Positions 15,088 to 25,664 of a stretch of 64,000 bases of DNA are shown in pieces. Position numbers and translations under genes: made by a program. The notes beneath the pieces are model-generated. The model did not search any database and had not been told where the DNA came from. It saw only the letters and a program-made list of their open reading frames with translations. How positions within the stretch are numbered: position 1 is the first letter of the stretch; each line of letters opens with the position of its first letter. Origin of the DNA: Phoronis australis (lineage: Eukaryota > Animalia > Phoronida); NCBI GenBank assembly GCA_002633005.1, contig NMRA01000137.1:820643-884642 (forward strand), in the 5' to 3' direction.

Positions 15088-16781
15088 AGCAAATACGTTT
15101 AAACTCTCACGTTGTTTACTTTTAATAGCTCATGAAAAGTAGCATTCGATCATCAATTTAGAAGGTTAAAGATTGGGAAGCGGTGGGAAGTATTTTTAAT
15201 AGACAGTTGACATTCAAGCCCTAGTTCTTGTGTAATTTACGGTCCTTTGGGACAAATAAACAAGCATACACCAACACAAAAATTTTTGAAAAAAATGTGT
15301 TTTTGTTCATTTTAAGAGTACTGCAATGGAGGCCAAACTTGCCCCGAGGGTGGGCTCAACTTGCCCCGGCCCGGGGCAAGTTGGGCCCCCGCAGGTGGAC
15401 ATTTTAAAACGGAAACTGCTACAAGACAGGGGCATTTACATCGCTTAAATTTGCACCATATATTGGCTGACAGACTGCATTTCTTGCACAGCGCTTATGG
15501 ATGAACCACCTTTAATAGTTTCCACAATATTGCACTTTTTTCAAAAAAGGCTCGAACTAGCCCCGGTCTCCCCTAAACCGTGACAGGTTATCAATGAAAT
15601 GAATTAGAGTTCACGGTAAAACGAATGAATGCAAAAAATTTCCCACTCCACAAATGGGAGTTTCCTTTGCAATGTTCCATCAACCTAGTACCAGAATTGG
15701 TCATAGCATTTACTTATTCCGAGATGATACTGTTATGAGGCACTGAACACTTCTCAGTACTGGATTTTGCCTGGCACTTCATGTGCACGTCATTAGACAT
15801 GGTGCCTTTCTTTCACTCCATCGAAAACTCTATGGACAAGATAGAAAGCTGACACAGTTGTTTCACATCAAAACCGCTGCGCATGACCACAGAAATGTTA
15901 TTTTCTATCATGGTTTTGGTCTTTCACTTCTATCGAAAAAGGAAGAAGCAGAGGTTGCAAAAACGCCGCAAGCACACCACGTCACTCCCAATACTAGACA
16001 TAAACCAACTCAAGATTCTGAAAGGAAACTTCCTACAGATTCCAAAACGTGGTCCAAAAATGCTGCCACCCAACTAGATTTTTTGCAATTCTGAGTTGTT
16101 TGGGGCTACTTGACATCGTAGTGAAATCGCAGCAGATTTCTCAGTCCAGCTACTCAGAAAAGAATTCTACATAAGGAGGCGCCATTTACAAAAAAAAAAA
16201 TGTTTCTACAGCCAAACTAGGGGACTTTCATTTGTAACATGTTTACAAATACCAGCAAACCAGACTGCAGGTGGCGACTACAGTCTAACTGTATAGTGTC
16301 ACCTCTCGGCTCCCGTGTTTCTCCGAGTTTCGGTGAATGGGGGCGCTGTTGTATTCAACATAAGAACCGAAAGTCCTCCCACTGGTATACCGTTTTGATG
16401 ATTGGGTACTGCGCTCAAGCTAATTTTCAGCGGCTTCCCGTTGACAGAGAATGTAAGGAAATTAAGATTTATTTGAAAAGAAATACCCATGTTCGTAAAC
16501 TTGCGGTGCCGGAATCGCAATCTTAAATTGCATTCATGCCAGTATAGGCTACCGCTGTCAAGGTAACTCGGTTTTGGTCCACCTAAAACGCACTCTTTCG
16601 TATCATAGATTGGAAGACTTCTTCAAGCTTTGACTAGAACTATAAAAAAAAAAAAAATTTCCTTGTTTTTTTGACTATCTTACAAATCGCCAATTCTCGA
16701 TGTTGGCTGCCTGTTCGCTGAAATCGTGGAACCGGTGACATGTATATACTCTTCGACACTCGACGTCTTCTTGCTCAAGTA

Positions 16782-16950
16782 GGGTTTAGCTCAGCTAGCA
16801 GAACGTAGGACTGCGACCGCTTAACAGGTCGAGAGTTCGAATACGTCTTGGGGGCATGACAAGGATATTTCAGAGACTGTGTCATTTGACGACAACGTCC
16901 GCAACGGATGAAAACTGCCAACCAGTCACATGTGGGGGAGGCCACTTCTC
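16782..16950 (+). mobile_element. tRNA-derived SINE-like head
   Basis: A-box-like TAGCTCAGCTAG and B-box-like GTTCGAAT with tRNA spacing. No convincing acceptor stem or anticodon arm. Confidence 0.55.
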
Positions 16951-17339
16951 ATGTCTTAAATTTTGGACCCATTAAATATGGGCCCTAGCTTTAATATTTT
17001 AGTTCACAAGGACTGACATTTTTCTCTGAAAACTCACCCGTACAGGGAGAGTTGCTCATGTGGTTTGCTAGACCGAGCAAACACCGTTTTTTGTAATGTA
17101 TTGGAGAGCGTTATGCGTTGATGGCCCCATCCCTACGCCCATATTTCTACGCCAAGGCGTGACCATGTAAAACTGGTATGAAGTGTGCTAGATAATTGTG
17201 AACGTGGCTCAAAAAGACCCTTAAACGATTTCAAGGGCGGCTGTATATGTAAGCGAAGAAAAGTTACCTGCACGTTTTTGTATGCGGAAGGCCCTCCAAT
17301 GCCCGAGCATTGTTATCACAACTTTGTGATATTCCGCTC

Positions 17340-17595
17340 AACTAGGCCAAAGGACCCTCGTTTAAGGTCACTAAGTGGTAAGAAACTCCGGGGAGTGAAA
17401 GATAAGACGATCGTCAGAGGAAGGGAGTCCCATCACTATCCGATCGTCTTTTTCAGTGAGGAGTGGAATATGTTGCAAGTAGTTTATCCCGTTCAATCCG
17501 CCATCACGTGACCTTATGAATATATGTCCGAAAAGATTTCTGCCCCCGACCGGGACTCGAACCCAGGACCTTCTGCTAACCGTGCAGGTCACTAT
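17340..17595 (-). mobile_element. tRNA-derived SINE-like element
   Basis: The minus strand has a canonical B-box T-arm, GGTCCTGGGTTCGAGTCCCGG (plus strand ~17551-17571). The A-box region is degenerate and the 3' boundary is uncertain. Confidence 0.55.
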
Positions 17596-18210
17596 GTAGA
17601 ACCCTAGAAAAACGTCCCAATTGGGATAACTTTGGAACATCATATCTCGGAAATGATTATAAATTCATATAAAACCTCCACATACTTTGCTTTGTATGTG
17701 CACTGTTGTCGCAAACGCTGTTAGGGTTTTTTCTGAAATGTTCCAAATAATAAAACTGTCATGAATATGAAAGGAAAATTTTGAAAACTGTAAAATGTTT
17801 TTGAAATTTCAAACTGAACACTAATATCAAACAAAATTTAGTTATGCAATTGATACCGTTATTTTCCTATCAATCTGCCTTCAGTTTTTGCTAAATTATA
17901 CTAAAAAGACGGGGTCCAGCTTACCCAATTAAGAGGCCAAAAATCAAATTCTACAGGCCTTCGAGAAATGTATGCTTTAAAAGGGGACTGTAGTCAAAAT
18001 AATGTTGCAGTTAATCGGTTCTAACATACAAATAAAACTCACATTTGCCTGACTTGCGTGCCAAACAAAAGCCAATTCGTATTCATGGTCAAAACACTGA
18101 ATTCTGAAAGCGATCGCTGATTGGCTGATGTGTCAGTGACGTGAACGGCGGGGTATCGGCTGCTTTGCACATTCATTGCTTATGTCATATTTGAAGAGTT
18201 TACATCGTAA

Positions 18211-18989
18211 NNNNNNNNNNNNNNNNNNNNNNNNNNNNNNNNNNNNNNNNNNNNNNNNNNNNNNNNNNNNNNNNNNNNNNNNNNNNNNNNNNNNNNNNNN
18301 NNNNNNNNNNNNNNNNNNNNNNNNNNNNNNNNNNNNNNNNNNNNNNNNNNNNNNNNNNNNNNNNNNNNNNNNNNNNNNNNNNNNNNNNNNNNNNNNNNNN
18401 NNNNNNNNNNNNNNNNNNNNNNNNNNNNNNNNNNNNNNNNNNNNNNNNNNNNNNNNNNNNNNNNNNNNNNNNNNNNNNNNNNNNNNNNNNNNNNNNNNNN
18501 NNNNNNNNNNNNNNNNNNNNNNNNNNNNNNNNNNNNNNNNNNNNNNNNNNNNNNNNNNNNNNNNNNNNNNNNNNNNNNNNNNNNNNNNNNNNNNNNNNNN
18601 NNNNNNNNNNNNNNNNNNNNNNNNNNNNNNNNNNNNNNNNNNNNNNNNNNNNNNNNNNNNNNNNNNNNNNNNNNNNNNNNNNNNNNNNNNNNNNNNNNNN
18701 NNNNNNNNNNNNNNNNNNNNNNNNNNNNNNNNNNNNNNNNNNNNNNNNNNNNNNNNNNNNNNNNNNNNNNNNNNNNNNNNNNNNNNNNNNNNNNNNNNNN
18801 NNNNNNNNNNNNNNNNNNNNNNNNNNNNNNNNNNNNNNNNNNNNNNNNNNNNNNNNNNNNNNNNNNNNNNNNNNNNNNNNNNNNNNNNNNNNNNNNNNNN
18901 NNNNNNNNNNNNNNNNNNNNNNNNNNNNNNNNNNNNNNNNNNNNNNNNNNNNNNNNNNNNNNNNNNNNNNNNNNNNNNNNNNNNNNNNN
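18211..18989. other. Assembly gap (779 N)
   Basis: Run of N adjoining a poly-G tract. Confidence 1.
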
Positions 18990-20959
18990 GAGGGGGGGGG
19001 GGGGGGGAGGGCAGTATCAACCAGGATTTTGCTCGCCAGACATTCGCACCTGCGAACTGCCAAATGGAATCTGGGAGAATTTTAAAGGGGTCATGGCCCC
19101 CTTGGCCACCCTCCAAATCTGCCACTGAAACCTGCCTTTCGTCACAAACAAAACTTCTAATCCAGGCCTCTTACCGCTTTGAAATTGGTCACAAATTGTT
19201 TTTAGTCAAATTGGAAGTGATATCAAGGTTATCAAAATAATTGACGATTCGTTATTCCATAAGGTCAGGCTCTACAAGTTTGCTTGACACGGCGTGTCAT
19301 TTCATGCGCCAAGCATGGTCCCGAGAAATAACGAACTGTGGTCACGTGTCATATTGGTAAGGAACAAGTTGAGACCAACTTTAATCAAAAGTTCGCCAAA
19401 GTGGACGGAACACGGATTTATAGTCGCTTCAATAGATAATTCTTTCTAAAGATGACAGGTCTCTGAGCGGATAATAACATGAGAATTTGTAATCTCCAGT
19501 TTACGAAGCACGATCTCAGTGGAGTGAAGGAATATCGTTTCAAGCCTTTTCGCTGACGTACAACTGTTTTGTTTAGCTTAGTTTTCAAACTGAGTCACTT
19601 TCCACTGAGCAACACTGTACTGCAAGTGAAATCGGTACTCATATCGAATTGAAGGACAAGACCATTCAAATATAAAATTTCTTGTTCTGTGGACAGCAGA
19701 AAACGTAAACAACCAAGATTAAGCCAGCTTTAAAATTAGAGAGGAGGTGCGATTTTGTAAGGATAAAAAGTACGGCGACGAGACTATCACCGTCGACTGT
19801 TTTTATACTGATTAACGTGATACGTTTTCGTAACCGTCGAGAAATAAAAATACGACGTGGTTTCGAGAGTAGGATAAAGTGGTATAAACCATCACTATCG
19901 CTTGTAATGAAAAAACAGTTGCGTGAACGATTGCATGGGTTACTTTGCTTGCGGTTTCAGTTGTCCTGTAATTATTGGCGTTTTCCAGCGTTTTTGCAGC
20001 CAGGCCGCTTACCTCAAAGGTCAGTCAAACGGCACCAATGCAAGAGACCTATTTATCGATGCCTTGATAATCAATTCATTGCAATGAGTGAACGTGTTTT
20101 AACAGCCTTATATCGATTCGGGTGGTTAGGAAACAAAACTAACCGCCGGCGAAAATGACCCCTTTACGTATACTAGGATATTTGTAAGGTCTTTACCTAA
20201 AACACTGAGCTGTGTTTTAGCCACTCATGTGAACTTGACGAAAGGGTGATTTTTTGGCCATCAGTTTTAACAAATCAAAAATTATTTCCTCACCACCCGA
20301 ATCGGTTTAAAAAAAAAAATGGTGTCAAACACGTTAACCAGTAACGCAACGACCAATACATGTCTCCTTCCTCTACGCATGCGTGTTCTGAGTTGGCATG
20401 TGTGGCTACTGAGGTACCAGCAAAAGAGGCACTTGCAACTGTTTACAGCAATGGGTTTTCATTACGATTGTAACACAACCAGAAAGCACTAATTTTGGGA
20501 CAGCACAACGGTTCTCCTCGATGTGGAAATAACATAAACGTTATTTAGTGTACATTGCATAATATCACACTACCGCACTATTCTGGGACCTGTTTTACTA
20601 ACAAGTCTCAGCCAGCGCCATAACTTAAAGTGAAATAATCAAGTCAATAATATTTCCAAAAAATGAAAGTGGAATAAATTTGTTTAAAATCTCAGAGACA
20701 TGTCGGTACTGGTTAGTTGCCGGAGACTCCGTAAGACTAAACAGGTCGTGAACACTGAAAGAGACCATTGTTGAACAATGTTTCTGACGTCATGCAACAA
20801 TCTGATTAATCCAGCAGATAAGTTTTGAGCCGTTATGCAACCGGCTTCCCGGGAGTGCAGGATCATATCCTGAAACACTCACAACAGTTAAAGATATTTG
20901 GTGCCTCTAAAGATAATAATCACCAAAAAGAAGGAAAGCATTATGCATTTCATCAACCT

Positions 20960-20965
20960 TTTATT
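20960..20965 (-). promoter_or_regulatory. Putative polyadenylation signal of the TRP gene
   Basis: AATAAA on the minus strand ~330 nt after the stop codon, followed by a U-rich tract. Confidence 0.5.
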
Positions 20966-21294
20966 AAGAGTTACGTTTCGTATGACAAATTAAAATAACG
21001 TCAGAACCCGAACAGCCAATTTGATTTATACAATGTTCGTGATATTGGAAAATGAGCAAGTTACATGAAAGCGCCGCAGCTCTAAACGTACAACCTATGA
21101 CACAATAGGCAGGCCCTCTAGCCCTTTCTCGCACCACGCGCCAACTGTGCTGTGTCGGTCATGGTACCCAACACCACCTGTACCCGGCGCCACTCGGGGG
21201 TGCGGTTCGGATTCTAGAGTGCAAACAGAGTTCGGGAAAAGCCCGCGCGACGGTATCGTGATCGAAACACGTCCGATGAGCTCACGATGATATT

Positions 21295-24200
21295 TTAGTG
21301 TTTTGAGCTGCTTTTGTCTATGTGTTTGACAACTTCTTGCAACTTATGTTCGACGTTGTTGAGTTTCTCCTCCAAGCGCTCCAGGCTGTTGTCCATCCTC
21401 TTTGCTTGTTCCAAGCGACTGGTCTCTTCGACAGTTCTCCGTCTTTCTTCATAGGAGTCCGTGCCATTTAGAGGCAATGTGATGTACCATCGCCTAGATT
21501 CTTGGTCAAAGCACAAGTCGGTTTGTCTTCTGAGAGCATAGAATACTTTAGGGAGAATTGGAATTTCTCGTTCGATGTCCAAAGCCAGCAACACAGAATT
21601 GACCCTCCAGTTGTTGGTTTGCTCAGCAGAAATAGTGGAGTAAGAATCGTTCATCAGCGCGATCAACAGGTTTAACAAGACGATGTTGGAAAGAACGGTG
21701 TACACGAGATATACCACTCGCATAAACCACAGCGTCTTGTTGACGTCTCCAAAATCACTGTCCTCGGCATTCTCTGCAAAATCGGCCATACCGATCATTA
21801 TGTTGTAAACGAAATAGAGCGAATGAAATACCGTGGGGAATGCTACATCTCGAGAAGCAGACGCTCGGAAGAGCACGTGGAGCGCCATGGAAAAGGCCAA
21901 CAAAACAAAGCAGTACAGAAAGATAAACTTGACCAAATCTTTTACGATCATGTGACGCAGCATTAAAGAAAAATGGTGGATATTTCTGAAACCTTTCGTA
22001 AATTGTATGGAATATAACCATCCCAAAATGAGTGCGACCGAAACTATGTAGTCTTGATATGCCGTGTCTTCCAAGACATACAAAATGAACCAGACCAAAA
22101 CAAAGATGGCAAAGATCAGACCGAACCCACTTGAAAATAAATAAATCAAGACGGATATTAGCGACGAAATGATTGAATCATGTGATCGAGAAGCTGCCCT
22201 AACGTGCTTCTTGGTGCTGCAAAAAAAGATGCTGACAGCCACAGAATAAACGCTGTAGATGATAAGTACGATTGGCCATGTGAGAATCAAAATCGTCGGC
22301 CATACTTCCGGTTTGACTGGGTTAAGCGTGATTGTTGTATTCGCACCCTCTTGCTTAATTACACTTCTCGGAAGCCAATCCGAGACAAAAACACTAAACA
22401 GACTCATGTACAAGATGTGAATGAACATAAGGAGAGCATAAGCCCATTGATATTTTGACCAATAGTTTCCAACCATTTTGTTGAGTGGGAGTATATCCAG
22501 CATACGCACCGTCTCCGTGATGAAGTCTGCTGACGGCGAGTAGTCACTGAAGTTTGATTTTTGAACAATAGTTTCCACAAGGGATTCTAGTGGTTCCTCC
22601 AAACTGGGGTGAACTGCACTAGGACTTTCTTCGTCCGAGTGCGGTGCATCTAAATGCTTTATCTTGCCATTTCCAGTGGATAACTTACGATTTTTGAAAA
22701 TCCTTAGTGCGTGCTTAGGCACACCTTTCACTAACAGCGTGTCAGGTGTTAGGTTGGTGACATCATATTTTGCGTAGCCATTTTTCACTTGAAAACGGAA
22801 GACTTCTCTGATGTTGAAAATACATTCTAGTATGTCACTGACACTATAGCGGGCTGCCAATTGCAGTACACTTAAATCGTCCTTATTCTTAACGACGGTG
22901 AGGAGAAATAAAACAGCGTCTCGTTTCAGTGCATTATACTTGACAGCATCATCGCTCGGATATTTGATGTGATTTTTTACACACCACCACCACACACTAT
23001 TCTCAACGATCGCCACGAAAACGTCCAAGAGCTTATCGCGACTTTCGCCCATCTCTGTCGTTGAGCTGATAATTATTCCATGCAGCACAGTATTGCCGTC
23101 TGTATCTTGTAAGTCAACATCGGTGCCAGCGATTATTAACTGCTTCACCCGCTGAATGTTTTGTTTCTCCGCAGCTATGTGCAACAAGCTCTCACCAGCA
23201 TAATTCTGTTGGTCGTAATCCAGCTCCTTGCCCCGTCCGCCAAAGGTGTTGAGGAAAGCCTCGAAAACCTCCCAATCACCCCTTCTTGTGGCGATATGCA
23301 AAGGATTGTCGCCATCTTGATTTCTGGCTTTGATGTCCAGATACTGAAGACTGTGAATTACGCCAGGTGTAGCATGCTTTGCTGCTACATGCAGGGCCGT
23401 ATTGCCTTTGTCGTCTTGAGAATCTAGCACAGTCCAGCTGTGTTTCTTTATTATGACGTTAACAAGCTTCTCAACAAATGTTGGATCAGAGTTGCGATTT
23501 TTCGCCACGAGGTGGAGCGCAGTTTCCCGTTGAATGTTCATGTCGTCTGCTTTTGCGTGTTTCAACGCGGCAAAAGCGGCCTCGAAATTTCCGTTCTTGC
23601 ACGCGATGAGAAGAACGGTATCTCCATCAGAGTTCTTTTTGTTAATATTTTCCTTATCCCCATACGTTTTGATAATCAACTTATTATTGTGACGAGCAGC
23701 AATATGGAGAAAATTGTTCCCTGAAGTATCGACGCTGTATCGATCAACTCCAAGATTGAGTAAGCATTTGACTTTCTCAAAATCCCCCTTTTGAGCAGCA
23801 ATGTGTAGAGGCGTGTTACCGATTGGAAATTGAACAATATTTTCAATGCCGTGTATGTAGAACTCAGAGGACCTGCGCATATATTCTACAAGACCCGTAA
23901 GAACGTCATTTGTGTCGCTTTCAATTGCGTAATGCCAAACGGACAGCCCCTCGTGGGTCACATGATCAAGGTTAGCCCCAGCTGCTGCTAGAAGGTATGT
24001 GACAGCGGCGTGTTGGTTTTTCGCGGCAAGAGTCAGTGGCGTGTTTCCCGCCTCGTCGCCCGCATTCACGTCGGCCCCGTGCACAATAAGATTCTTAACC
24101 ACTGCCTGGTTTCCTTCTGCCGCGGCGTGCTGCAGCGCGGTCTCACCGTTTCGAATTGTTACGTTTACATCGGCGCCATAATCCACAAGGATGTTGACGA

Positions 24201-25080
24201 TCTCCGAATAGCCCATAGCAGACGCCAGAATAAGGGGTGTGACAAAACCCATCTTTCTTTTTTTGTTCACGTCAGCTTTTCCTCTTTTAAGCAGAGTGTT
24301 CAGGACATGCGTATGTCCATATCGTACCGACCAGTAGAGTGGGGTCGAGCCTTTATCGTTTTCGTGATTCACGTCGCAGTTTTGGTCCAACAACGTGTTG
24401 ACCACTGCTAGGTGGCCCCCTCTGACGGCCCAAAGTAATGGCGTGTCTTTCTTCTTGTTCGTGACGTCAGCTTCTATTCCCATCTGCAGAAAGAGCTTCA
24501 CCAACTCGTCGTGACCGAACAAGGCAGCAATGTGCATACACATCATCTCACGAGGCCTCTGTCCGGCGGATTTGACAAGCGTTGTGCGATGAAGGAACTC
24601 TGATACAGTCGCTGGCGTTAGTTTGTTTATAAGTGCTTTGACGACATCAGAATTCCCTTTCTCACAAAGCTGATGAAGGGCGTTTTTTGTCGTGTGGGAA
24701 CCGTCGATTTGAAGTGAGAATGACTCAGTGACCAACGCTTGCACCCCGTTCTGAATTACATAGTTAGCTATTTCCCAGGCCTCGCATTCTATCGCGTGGT
24801 GTAACGCGGTTTTACCAGAGTTTGGCTCTCGATAACAATGCGTGGTCAAATTGATTAAGATGGTCCTATTTTCTGCAAAACAGTTTCGCAAAGAAGTGAT
24901 ATTTTTCTTGGAAATATCTTCGAATATTTTAACCCTGAGTTGTTCAGCGTTTATTCCTTCTGATATTGATTTCAGTTCTTCTTTAGACTTGTTTAATATT
25001 GATCTCGCCGGAATGAAATTTTCGTCATTTCCTTCCAACAAATTCCAGAGCGTTGGTTCCACACTGGTGGTTTTTCGGTG
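21295..25080 (-). CDS. TRPV-like (TRPV/TRPVL) cation channel with ~18 ankyrin repeats: main terminal coding exon
   Basis: Open frame of 1261 codons behind a polypyrimidine acceptor (ttttttttgttttgttttag|CAC, AG at 25082-81). It has many TPLH/TALH ankyrin repeats and six hydrophobic segments. TRPV-type motifs: QDTDGNTVLH, YDVTNL, PLNKMVGNYWSKY, MIVKDLVKF, pore MIGMAD, LLNLLIALMNDS and WRVNSVLLALDIE. Confidence 0.95.
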   Translation of the reverse strand, partial: HRKTTSVEPTLWNLLEGNDENFIPARSILNKSKEELKSISEGINAEQLRVKIFEDISKKNITSLRNCFAENRTILINLTTHCYREPNSGKTALHHAIECEAWEIANYVIQNGVQALVTESFSLQIDGSHTTKNALHQLCEKGNSDVVKALINKLTPATVSEFLHRTTLVKSAGQRPREMMCMHIAALFGHDELVKLFLQMGIEADVTNKKKDTPLLWAVRGGHLAVVNTLLDQNCDVNHENDKGSTPLYWSVRYGHTHVLNTLLKRGKADVNKKRKMGFVTPLILASAMGYSEIVNILVDYGADVNVTIRNGETALQHAAAEGNQAVVKNLIVHGADVNAGDEAGNTPLTLAAKNQHAAVTYLLAAAGANLDHVTHEGLSVWHYAIESDTNDVLTGLVEYMRRSSEFYIHGIENIVQFPIGNTPLHIAAQKGDFEKVKCLLNLGVDRYSVDTSGNNFLHIAARHNNKLIIKTYGDKENINKKNSDGDTVLLIACKNGNFEAAFAALKHAKADDMNIQRETALHLVAKNRNSDPTFVEKLVNVIIKKHSWTVLDSQDDKGNTALHVAAKHATPGVIHSLQYLDIKARNQDGDNPLHIATRRGDWEVFEAFLNTFGGRGKELDYDQQNYAGESLLHIAAEKQNIQRVKQLIIAGTDVDLQDTDGNTVLHGIIISSTTEMGESRDKLLDVFVAIVENSVWWWCVKNHIKYPSDDAVKYNALKRDAVLFLLTVVKNKDDLSVLQLAARYSVSDILECIFNIREVFRFQVKNGYAKYDVTNLTPDTLLVKGVPKHALRIFKNRKLSTGNGKIKHLDAPHSDEESPSAVHPSLEEPLESLVETIVQKSNFSDYSPSADFITETVRMLDILPLNKMVGNYWSKYQWAYALLMFIHILYMSLFSVFVSDWLPRSVIKQEGANTTITLNPVKPEVWPTILILTWPIVLIIYSVYSVAVSIFFCSTKKHVRAASRSHDSIISSLISVLIYLFSSGFGLIFAIFVLVWFILYVLEDTAYQDYIVSVALILGWLYSIQFTKGFRNIHHFSLMLRHMIVKDLVKFIFLYCFVLLAFSMALHVLFRASASRDVAFPTVFHSLYFVYNIMIGMADFAENAEDSDFGDVNKTLWFMRVVYLVYTVLSNIVLLNLLIALMNDSYSTISAEQTNNWRVNSVLLALDIEREIPILPKVFYALRRQTDLCFDQESRRWYITLPLNGTDSYEERRRTVEETSRLEQAKRMDNSLERLEEKLNNVEHKLQEVVKHIDKSSSKH

Positions 25081-25499
25081 CTAAAACAAAACAAAAAAAA
25101 ATAATTATGCAAACACATAATACCCCAACAGGTATAACCTTTAACCTGCTAACTGTCAGATTGTACTTAATTTTATCACGAAACAATCATTGTCGTTCCT
25201 TTTGAGTAAAACTCAGCCTTGCGGCGCATTTCGACATTAATGAACATAAAGACACTCGTTCTGTAATGCCACAATAGCGAGCAACAGGACAACAGAGTTT
25301 CCAAAATGTTCACGAAAGATTTTCAAATTTGAATACTAGGAAATGGTTTTACTGGGAACTAATCGTGCTTTACCCAGTTTCTTTTGCACTGCACAGGACT
25401 GCACCGAGTTGCAGATTTCGCTATCAAGCTACATGGTGCGAAAACAGTAGTTTCGATTCAGCGTATTTCGTCATTGCTTAATTTTGTCTTCACCCCCAC

Positions 25500-25664
25500 C
25501 TTTCGAGCCTCTATGAGAATGAGGTAGTCTCCGTCCATGTGAAACTCGTCCTTTTTGCCACTGTTTCCCGTGCTTTTCTCGACCAAGTCCTTGTACAAGT
25601 TCAGAGCCTCGTCTTCGTCCTCTGTTGTTTTTGTGGAATCCATACTGGCCCGTTTTAGTTCGTC
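25500..25664 (-). CDS. TRP channel coding exon 2 (DELKRASMDSTK...IEARK)
   Basis: Acceptor ttttgtttcgtttcactcag|GAC and donor AAG|gtgggg. The exon is 165 nt, open and phase 0 at both ends, in frame with the main exon. Confidence 0.7.

Larger units (their letters stand above)
13041..15573 (+). mobile_element. Internally deleted pogo-like (Tc1/mariner superfamily) DNA transposon
   Basis: TA target dinucleotides at 13039-40 and 15574-75. TIR GGGGAGATCGGGGCTATTTCG versus GGGGAGACCGGGGCTAGTTCG. Subterminal GGGGC(A/T)AGTTGGGCC motifs repeat at both ends. Transposase remnants lie inside. Confidence 0.88.

Noticed and set aside
16782-17595. tRNA gene candidates (also ~43471-43535)
   Set aside because: A and B boxes are present but there is no complete cloverleaf; better explained as SINE heads.
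18133-19240. Three long ORFs (287-354 aa) in the ORF track
   Set aside because: Artefacts of translating through the N gap.
22204-25084. Plus-strand ORFs overlapping the TRP exon, and antisense ORFs over both Gypsy elements
   Set aside because: Shadow frames of real coding sequence with no independent motifs.
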